From the NCBI GenBank assembly GCA_943370085.1, contig CALRPT020000014.1, positions 20,857-84,856 of the forward strand: a stretch of 64,000 nt of DNA, in the 5' to 3' direction. A program made the position numbers and the translations under genes. The notes under the pieces are model-generated. The model was not told the origin of the DNA. It saw only the letters and a program-made list of their open reading frames with translations, and did no database searches. Source of the stretch: Variovorax paradoxus (GTDB lineage: Bacteria; Pseudomonadota; Alphaproteobacteria; Rhodobacterales; Rhodobacteraceae). Positions 57,501 to 64,000 of the stretch are shown in pieces (within the stretch, counting starts at the first letter, position 1; every line of letters begins with the position of its first letter).

Positions 57501-57797
57501 ATGCGAAAACCCCACCGCAAGCCCCCCCGCGACTCGCCCCCTCCCATTAAGGTTAACGCGCCCCAACCGCACCGCGCGTATGCACAGCCGTCTGCACTGC
57601 GCGTCTGCACCACCCGCTGCACCGCAAAACCCCTAAAGTACCAAGAATAAACCCAGCGCCCGCAAGGCTTTAGCCGCCAACCCCCAACATTTTCTGTCAA
57701 AAAATATCCTCGGGGGGTCAGCCAGCGGTGCGCCATCGGTTCAAGCCCGATGGCTGACGGGGGCGAAGCGCCCCCGGTTCGACGCCTCCCCCCGCGC

Positions 57798-59258
57798 TCA
57801 CGCCTCCCGCATCGCCTTCGCGATCAACGCAATCCCCTCCGGGATCTTCCCCACCGGGATCGACGAATAGGCCAGCCGATAGAAATTCCGCCGCTCCGTC
57901 CCCGGCTCAAAGAACACCCGCCCGGGCTCGATCAGCACGCCCTGCGCCCGCAGCCCCAAGGCCAGCGCCTCGGTATCGATATACCCCGTCGCCTCCATCC
58001 AGAAGGACGATCCGCCAAACCCACCCTGCCCCGCAACCTTCAGCCCGTGATGGGAAATCGCCTCCTCCATCGCCTGCCGCCGCTTGCGGAATGCCGCCTT
58101 CATCCGGTTCACCAGCGCGTCATAATGCCCAAGGCTCAGGAAATAGGCCGCCGTCCGCTGCACATGGCCGGGTGGATGGCGCAACACCTGCGCCCGCAGC
58201 GCCCGCGCCTCGCGGATAAAGGGCGCAGGCCCCACCAGCCAGCCCAGCCGCAACCCCGGAAACAGCGATTTCGAGAATGACCCCGCATGCACCACCCGCC
58301 CCCCGGAATCGAGGCTCTTGATCGACGGCGACACGGGTTTCAAAAAACTCATCTCGAACTCGTAATCATCCTCAACCACAATGAAATCATGCACTTCCGC
58401 CGCCCGCAGCAACGCCTGCCGCCGCTCCATCGGCATGGTGGCATTGGTCGGGCTCTGATGGCTTGCCGTGGTGAAAACCACGTCCACCCCCTCTGGCAAG
58501 GCCTCCACCACCAACCCGCCCGCATCGACCGCCACCGGTGTCACCAAGGCCCCGGCCTGCGCCACCATCGCGCGAAAACCGGGATAGCCGGGGTTTTCCA
58601 CCACCGCATGTCCCCCCGGTTTCAGCAACACCTGCGCCGCCAGCCACAGCGCATTCTGCGCCCCCATCGTCACCAGCACCTCATCGGGCCGCGCATCGAT
58701 CCCGCGACGGGGCAGGATGTTGCGCAAAAGGTATTCGATCAGCAACGGATCATCCCGCTCATAGCGATCCGCCGTCAGCGTCTCGAACTCCCGACGCCCC
58801 AACGCCTGCAAGGCACAGAGCCGCCAGTTCTGATGGTCAAACAGCGTAGGATCGGCCTGCCCGTAGATGAACGGATAGGGATAGGCGCGCCACTCCTCGG
58901 GCCGCGCCACCCGCTCCATTCCCGAAAACCGCCGCCCCGCCCGCGCCTCCCAATCCACCGTCCCCACGGCCCGCGGCACCGGGCGAAAAGCCGGCTGCAC
59001 GGGCACGCCTTCGCTCACGAAATAGCCCGAACGCCCCCGCGCGGTCAGGTAATCCGATGATACCAATTCGGTATAAGCCAGCGTCACCGTGATCCGGCTC
59101 ACCCCCAGATGATCGGCCAACCCCCGCGACGACGGCATCCGGTCCCCCGCCCGGAACCGCCCCGCCAGTATCCCTTCGGACACCATCTGCCGGATGCGCT
59201 GCTGCAACGTGCCACTGCCACCCTCGGGCAGAAAGAAACTTTCGACCGGAATCGCCAT
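57798..59258 (-). CDS. tauR: MocR-type GntR regulator with an aminotransferase-like domain (TauR)
   Basis: wHTH LPSSRGLADHLGVSRITVTLAYTEL plus a fold-type-I PLP domain (SFSKSL), 486 aa. It lies between tpa and xsc. Confidence 0.8.
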   Translation of the reverse strand: MAIPVESFFLPEGGSGTLQQRIRQMVSEGILAGRFRAGDRMPSSRGLADHLGVSRITVTLAYTELVSSDYLTARGRSGYFVSEGVPVQPAFRPVPRAVGTVDWEARAGRRFSGMERVARPEEWRAYPYPFIYGQADPTLFDHQNWRLCALQALGRREFETLTADRYERDDPLLIEYLLRNILPRRGIDARPDEVLVTMGAQNALWLAAQVLLKPGGHAVVENPGYPGFRAMVAQAGALVTPVAVDAGGLVVEALPEGVDVVFTTASHQSPTNATMPMERRQALLRAAEVHDFIVVEDDYEFEMSFLKPVSPSIKSLDSGGRVVHAGSFSKSLFPGLRLGWLVGPAPFIREARALRAQVLRHPPGHVQRTAAYFLSLGHYDALVNRMKAAFRKRRQAMEEAISHHGLKVAGQGGFGGSSFWMEATGYIDTEALALGLRAQGVLIEPGRVFFEPGTERRNFYRLAYSSIPVGKIPEGIALIAKAMREA

Positions 59259-59289
59259 CTGGCCTTATCCTCGCATGATCTGGCCATAA
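59259..59289 (+). promoter_or_regulatory. Candidate TauR autoregulatory site abutting the tauR start codon
   Basis: On the plus strand: CTGGCCTTAT-N11-CTGGCCATAA, 21 bp start-to-start. It begins one base outside the tauR ATG. Confidence 0.5.
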
Positions 59290-59493
59290 GGCGCGCCCGC
59301 ACCCCGATCGTCAACCCCGGCCCGGCCGTCGCCGGGGGGCTGTCTGCCCCCCACGGGCCGCTGACGCGCCCCTCCCCCCGAGGATATTTTCTACAGAGAA
59401 GAAAGGCTTAGGCTTCATCTTGGCGTCAAATACCCTGGGGGTTTGGGGGGAACCCCCATCAGCCGAGCCGAGCGCGGCACGCGCGCAGGCGAG

Positions 59494-59531
59494 ACAAAAG
59501 AAATGCGCGGCCCCCTCTTCGGGGGCCGCGC
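59494..59531 (-). terminator. Rho-independent terminator of tpa
   Basis: On the minus strand: GCGCGGCCCCC-GAAGA-GGGGGCCGCGC followed by ATTTCTTTTGT. It starts 26 nt beyond the tpa stop codon. Confidence 0.75.
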
Positions 59532-59556
59532 ACCATCAGATCACCGCGTGATACGT

Positions 59557-60939
59557 TCAGCCAAAGACGCGGGTCAGCGCGCCATCGATCGCATCGGTGA
59601 TGTGGTCGATATCGTCCTTGGTCGCGATCAGCGCGGGCGACAGGCAGAGCGTGTTGTTCAGCCCCGGCAGCGACCGGTTGGTCGCCCCGATGATCACGCC
59701 CTGCGCCATGCAATCGGCCACCACCGCCTGGACCTTCTTTTCATCCGCCGCTTCCTTGGTCGCCCGGTCGGCCACCAGTTCGGCACCAAGGAACAGGCCC
59801 TTGCCGCGCACGTCGCCAATGATCTTGTGCTTCTCCATCAGGCCCTGCAGGTTCGACAGGCAATAGTCGCCCATCTTCGTGGTGTTCTCCAGCAACCCTT
59901 CCGCCTCGATGATGCGCATGTTCTCCAGCGCCGCCGCCGGCCCCGCCGTACAGCCGCCGAAGGTAGAGATGTCGCGGAAATAGCTCATCGTATCGGTCGG
60001 GTCGTCCTTGAACATCTCGAACACCCGCTCGGTCGTCACCGTGCAAGAGATGGCCGCATAGCCCGAGGCCACACCCTTGGCCATGGTCACGAAATCGGGC
60101 TGGATGCCGTAATGCTGATAGCCGAACCACGTACCCGTCCGGCCCACGCCACAGACGACCTCGTCAATGGCCAGCAGGATGTCGTATTTCTTGCAGATCT
60201 CCTGCACCTTTTCCCAATAGCCCTGCGGCGGCACGATCACGCCACCGCCTGCGGTGACGGGTTCCAGGATCAGGCAGCCCACGGTATCGGGGCCTTCGCG
60301 CAGGATCACCTCTTCGATCGCCTCGGCGGCCCGCTCGCCGTAATTCTCCACATCCCACTGTTTGCGATATTCAAGGCAATGCGGCACCCGAATGAACCCA
60401 TCGGGATATGGGCCATATTGCATGGCGCGCTGGTCCTGCCCGCTTGTCGCAAGGGCCGCGATCGTGGTGCCGTGATAGTCGCGATCACGATAGAGGATCT
60501 TCCACTTCTTGCCGCCATGATGCTTGTGCGCGATCTGGCGCACCATCTTGTAGACCTTCTCATTCGCCTCGGACCCCGAGTTCGAATAATAGACCCGCGT
60601 CATCCCCGGCATCTTTTCGGTCAGCCGCTGGGCAAAGATCGCGCCCGGCACCGATCCGGCGGCACCCGCGAAATAGTTCATCTTGATCAGCTGGTCGCGC
60701 ACCGCATTGGCAATGCTTTCGCGTCCATAGCCCACGTTCACCGTCCAGACGCCGCCAGAGACGGCATCGAGATGCTCTTTCCCCTTCGCATCCCAGACCT
60801 TCATCCCCTTGCCTTCGACGATCACGCGCGGATCGACGCCGGTGTCATATTGCTTGTGCTGGCTCAGGTGATGCCAGACATGGGCGCGGTCGGCCTCGAC
60901 CACTTCGCTGATGTCGTTGAAACGATCCAACCCGTCCAT
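59557..60939 (-). CDS. tpa: Taurine-pyruvate aminotransferase (class III aminotransferase)
   Basis: MDGLDRFNDISEVVEADRAHVWHHL...DEVVCGVGRTG...TMAKG, 460 aa from the ATG at 60939. Confidence 0.8.
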   Translation of the reverse strand: MDGLDRFNDISEVVEADRAHVWHHLSQHKQYDTGVDPRVIVEGKGMKVWDAKGKEHLDAVSGGVWTVNVGYGRESIANAVRDQLIKMNYFAGAAGSVPGAIFAQRLTEKMPGMTRVYYSNSGSEANEKVYKMVRQIAHKHHGGKKWKILYRDRDYHGTTIAALATSGQDQRAMQYGPYPDGFIRVPHCLEYRKQWDVENYGERAAEAIEEVILREGPDTVGCLILEPVTAGGGVIVPPQGYWEKVQEICKKYDILLAIDEVVCGVGRTGTWFGYQHYGIQPDFVTMAKGVASGYAAISCTVTTERVFEMFKDDPTDTMSYFRDISTFGGCTAGPAAALENMRIIEAEGLLENTTKMGDYCLSNLQGLMEKHKIIGDVRGKGLFLGAELVADRATKEAADEKKVQAVVADCMAQGVIIGATNRSLPGLNNTLCLSPALIATKDDIDHITDAIDGALTRVFG

Positions 60940-61023
60940 GGGCGCGTCCTTTCCAGAAATGCCGCTTGCCCCGCAAATCGCAGGGCTGATACCAGATATC
61001 ATCCATCAGCCCTGCCCATGTCG

Positions 61024-61056
61024 ATAGGACCAGAGAGCTGATCCCGATAAGGCCAG
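61024..61056 (-). promoter_or_regulatory. Candidate TauR binding site upstream of tpa
   Basis: On the minus strand: CTGGCCTTAT-N13-CTGGTCCTAT, 23 bp start-to-start, 85-117 nt upstream of the tpa ATG. Confidence 0.55.
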
Positions 61057-61432
61057 ACAAACCGCCGCAGCACCTGTCGTTACCGACTCCGCAGCATTCG
61101 AAGGGAGTGCCCGAGTTTGTGCGTCTCTCGGCCCGACAGGCCATTCAGATGATGAAGATTGTGCACGGGCGCCGCACTGACCTGCGCTCCCACGGAAGTG
61201 TTGCATTTCAGGACAGAGGTCGTATGAACGACCCAGCCCGTCCCCCAAAGGGTCTGGGCTACATCCTGGTGACCGGGCCCCTCTGGCGAAAGTTTTGCGA
61301 CGCTTTCGTGATGTCGGCACCGCGGAAAGCAACAGTCGCACGGACCTGACCGACCGACCGACCTCCACGACGCCCTATGCGCCGCGCGTCCGCCTGTCTG
61401 CCATCGGCCCGCCTCAGGCAAGGCATCGCCCC

Positions 61433-62506
61433 ATGACCACCACCACCGAACAGAAACCCACGCTTCAATATTTCACCTGGGCGTTCATCGTCACGGCCCT
61501 CGGCCTTGCCCTTGGGGCATGGCTGGGCTGGCAGAGCACCGGCACCTTCTCCGGCATGATGTCGATCTTCTTCATCTGCTGTGTCCTCGCGGTGCTGGAG
61601 ATTTCGCTCTCCTTTGACAACGCCATCGTGAATGCCAACAAACTCAAGGACATGCGCCCCGAATGGCAGCGCGCCTTCCTGACCTGGGGCATCCTGATCG
61701 CGGTCTTCGGGATGCGGATCGTGTTCCCGCTGCTGATCGTGGTCATCGCGGCCAATATCGGCCCGTGGCAGGCGGTGGTGCTGGCCTCCACCCAGCCCGA
61801 GGAATACAGCCGCATCATGTATGAGGCGCACCTGCCCATCGCGGCCTTTGGCGGGGCCTTCCTGATGATGGTTGGCCTGACCTATTTCTTCGACGCCGAA
61901 AAGGACGTGCACTGGGTGCAGTGGATTGAGCGGAAGGTCGCCTCCTCCGCCACCATCCGGGGGATCGAGGTGGGTCTGGTGCTGATCATCATCCTGATCT
62001 TTTCAAAGTTCCTCGAAGGGGCCGAAAGCACCGCCTTCGTGTCCTCTGCGATCTACGGCCTTGTGACCTTCCTCGTCGTGGAAACCCTTGGCGGCCTGCT
62101 CGACAAGAGCCAGGAAACCATGTCCGCCGCGGCCAAGGGCGGCTTGGGTGCCTTCCTCTATCTCGAAGTGCTCGACGCCTCCTTCAGCTTTGACGGCGTG
62201 ATCGGCGCCTTTGCCTTGTCGAACAACCTCTTCGTCATCGCCATCGGCCTTGGCATCGGCGCGATGTATGTGCGCTCCATGACCATCATGCTGGTGGAAA
62301 AGGGCACGCTGGCACAGTACCGCTTCCTTGAACACGGGGCCTTCTATGCCATCCTGATCCTGTCGGTGATCATGTTCACGCAGACGCTGTTTCACATCCC
62401 CGAAGTGATCACCGGCCTCGGTGGCGCGGCTCTGATCGGCTTGTCGCTCTGGTCGTCGATCCGCTGGAACCGCAACAATCCCGCGCTAGAAACCGATCCG
62501 CGCTGA
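61433..62506 (+). CDS. DUF475 (TerC-like) integral membrane protein
   Basis: MTTTTEQKPTLQYF...LEISLSFDNAIVNA...LDASFSFDGVIGAF. The track ORF is over-extended at its 5' end. Confidence 0.75.
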   Translation: MTTTTEQKPTLQYFTWAFIVTALGLALGAWLGWQSTGTFSGMMSIFFICCVLAVLEISLSFDNAIVNANKLKDMRPEWQRAFLTWGILIAVFGMRIVFPLLIVVIAANIGPWQAVVLASTQPEEYSRIMYEAHLPIAAFGGAFLMMVGLTYFFDAEKDVHWVQWIERKVASSATIRGIEVGLVLIIILIFSKFLEGAESTAFVSSAIYGLVTFLVVETLGGLLDKSQETMSAAAKGGLGAFLYLEVLDASFSFDGVIGAFALSNNLFVIAIGLGIGAMYVRSMTIMLVEKGTLAQYRFLEHGAFYAILILSVIMFTQTLFHIPEVITGLGGAALIGLSLWSSIRWNRNNPALETDPR

Positions 62507-62514
62507 AGATGACG

Positions 62515-62546
62515 AAAGCCGCGTCCCTCAGGGGCGCGGCTTTCCC
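62515..62546 (+). terminator. Stem-loop terminator after the DUF475 gene
   Basis: AAAGCCGCGTCCC-TCA-GGGGCGCGGCTTT, about 13 bp of pairing, starting 9 nt after the stop codon. The U-tract is weak. Confidence 0.55.
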
Positions 62547-62611
62547 CTCAAAGCGATTTGAACGGCCTCATCGCCCGAATCCTTGACCCCTGCAGTTGCA
62601 GGCGATAGCCC

Positions 62612-62628
62612 TTCCAAAGCGTTTCGGA
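62612..62628. promoter_or_regulatory. Imperfect palindrome TTCCAAAGCGTTTCGGA just upstream of thuA
   Basis: Its left half TTCCAAAGCGTT resembles TTCCAAAACGTT in the 14271 inverted repeat. It ends 22 nt before the thuA ATG. Confidence 0.35.
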
Positions 62629-62649
62629 GGCAATTCGGGGGGGGAAGCC

Positions 62650-63435
62650 ATGGCAATCCGCGTCACTGTCTGGGGCGAGAACGTCCATGAACAGACCAAC
62701 CGCGTCGTGGCAGAGCTTTATCCCGGCGGCATGCATACAGCGATTGCCACCGCGCTGAACCGCGACCCCGGTATCACGGCCACCACCGCCACGCTGCAAG
62801 AGCCTGAACATGGCCTGACCGCCGCAAGGCTGGCCGAAACCGATGTGCTGATCTGGTGGGGCCACGCCGCACATGGCGATGTGACAGACGCGGTGGTCGA
62901 TAGGGTCTGCGATGCGGTCTGGTCCGGCATGGGCGTCATCTTCCTGCACTCCGCCCATTTCTCCAAGCCGTTCAAACGCCTGATGGGCAGCCCCTGCAAC
63001 CTCACCTGGCGCGAGGCGGGTGAGCGGGAACGGCTCTGGCTCACCTCGCGCAACCACCCCATCGCCGCCGGCCTGCCCGACAGTTTTGAGCTGGAACACG
63101 AAGAGATGTACGGCGAACCCTTCGGCGTGCCCGAACCGCTCGAGACAGTTTTCGTGTCTTGGTTTCAGGGCGGCGAGGTGTTCCGCTCCGGCCTCACCTA
63201 CAAGCGTGGTGCGGGCAACGTCTTCTACTTCCGCCCCGGCCATGAAACCTATCCGACCTATCACGATGGCAATGTGCAGCGCGTGATCCTGAACGCGGTG
63301 AAATGGGCGCATAACCCTGCCGCCCGTCTGGCCGATCCGAACGCCGCGCCGAATGTGCCGGTCGATGTGGCCCCCGAACCCATCACCGAACGCGGCCCGA
63401 AACTGCATCACGCGGGCGAAGAGGGGCTGCGCTGA
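62650..63435 (+). CDS. thuA: ThuA (trehalose utilisation) family protein
   Basis: [14 protein letters not shown]...EPEHGLT...[11 protein letters not shown]...[13 protein letters not shown]. Confidence 0.85.
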   Translation: MAIRVTVWGENVHEQTNRVVAELYPGGMHTAIATALNRDPGITATTATLQEPEHGLTAARLAETDVLIWWGHAAHGDVTDAVVDRVCDAVWSGMGVIFLHSAHFSKPFKRLMGSPCNLTWREAGERERLWLTSRNHPIAAGLPDSFELEHEEMYGEPFGVPEPLETVFVSWFQGGEVFRSGLTYKRGAGNVFYFRPGHETYPTYHDGNVQRVILNAVKWAHNPAARLADPNAAPNVPVDVAPEPITERGPKLHHAGEEGLR

Positions 63436-64000
63436 TGGCAAGACCTGTGCGCCTGCTGATCCTCGGCACCGGGGGCATGGCCGCCAACCATGCGGAAAAC
63501 TTTGGCAAAATCCCGGGCGTGCAGCTTGCGGCGGGGGTAGATACCCGCCCCGAACAATTGGCCGCCTTCTGCGACCGCTTTGCCATTCCGAACCGCTTTG
63601 CCAGCCTCGATGAGGCGCTGGCCTGGGGCGAATTTGATGCGGTGACCAATGTCACACCCGATGCCGCGCATCACGCCACGACCATGCCCTTGCTGGCGGC
63701 GGGAAAGCATGTGCTGTGCGAAAAGCCACTGGCCACCAATGCCGCCCACGCGGCCGAGATGGCGACGGCCGCCGCAGACGCAGGCGTGATCGCCATGGTG
63801 AACCTCAGCTATCGCAATGTCCCGGCCCTGCAAAAGGCCGCCGAGATGGTGGCCGCGGGGGCCATCGGCACGGTCCGGCATTTCGAGGCGTCCTATCTGC
63901 AAAGCTGGCTCACGCAACCTGCCTGGGGGCCGTGGCAGGAACAGCCGCAATGGCTCTGGCGGTTGTCCACCGCGCATGGCTCCAAAGGCGTGCTGGGCGA
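63435..64000 (+). CDS. Gfo/Idh/MocA oxidoreductase (ThuB-like), 3' end outside the window
   Basis: My own translation gives [23 protein letters not shown]...VLCEKPLA. TGATG overlap with thuA. Absent from the track because it runs off the window edge. Confidence 0.75.
   Translation, partial: MARPVRLLILGTGGMAANHAENFGKIPGVQLAAGVDTRPEQLAAFCDRFAIPNRFASLDEALAWGEFDAVTNVTPDAAHHATTMPLLAAGKHVLCEKPLATNAAHAAEMATAAADAGVIAMVNLSYRNVPALQKAAEMVAAGAIGTVRHFEASYLQSWLTQPAWGPWQEQPQWLWRLSTAHGSKGVLG

Noticed and set aside
57714-57795. tmRNA (two-piece alphaproteobacterial ssrA) as an explanation for the T-arm-like hairpin.
   Set aside because: There is no CCA end, no tag reading frame and no pseudoknot-sized flanking sequence. 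The order 5' acceptor, T-arm, 3' acceptor is contiguous rather than permuted.
61060-61432. A yybP-ykoY manganese riboswitch upstream of the TerC-like DUF475 gene.
   Set aside because: I could not find the conserved GGGGAGUAG-type and paired distal motifs. AGGGAGTGC near 61110 is only a weak resemblance.

Overview
High-GC (~66-68% by eye) alphaproteobacterial DNA. Gene content and order look Rhodobacteraceae-like (Paracoccus/Rhodobacter/Ruegeria type), but that is an inference. The window is almost entirely catabolic or accessory. I saw no rRNA, CRISPR array, transposase, integrase or phage genes.

Layout, left to right:
1. A truncated gene for a secreted protein, then tRNA-Ser(CGA).
2. A ~12.6 kb minus-strand, translationally coupled operon. 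It mixes a CUT1 sugar-type ABC transporter with two GMC flavoproteins, a Dabb protein, an aldehyde dehydrogenase, a crotonase and a family-I CoA-transferase, and ends with a LacI regulator.
3. A PfkB kinase, a 688-aa FAD flavoprotein and a Gfo/Idh/MocA oxidoreductase.
4. LysR, wrbA, a DUF1127 small protein, an EamA transporter and a patatin-like protein.
5. LysR, a non-pyrrolysine MttB-family methyltransferase, a DMGDH-like FAD/folate enzyme and an MDR dehydrogenase.
6. A myo-inositol locus: a LacI-type regulator, iolE, iolD-iolC-iolB, an iolJ-like aldolase and Gfo/Idh/MocA paralogs.
7. A membrane protein, a YciI/DGPF protein and an ECF sigma factor with a long C-terminal extension.
8. A 1250-aa hybrid histidine kinase.
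9. An SDR, a TauE-family protein, and a MoxR AAA+ / VWA (DUF2201-like) pair.
10. A taurine dissimilation locus: tpa, tauR, and xsc / DUF81 protein / ackA / soeABC-like sulfite dehydrogenase.
11. A DUF475 membrane protein and thuA/thuB-like genes.

All family calls come from reading the supplied translations and recalling motifs. No searches were run. I cannot demonstrate a new system. The best candidates for follow-up are:
- the palindrome family in the soeA-soeB gap;
- the MttB/DMGDH-like module, which has no corrinoid partner nearby;
- the hybrid sugar-ABC / CoA-ester operon with its shared GTTCCAA operator words;
- the MoxR/VWA pair with an HHxxH motif;
- the inverted repeats and the tRNA-minihelix-like element that bracket tauR.
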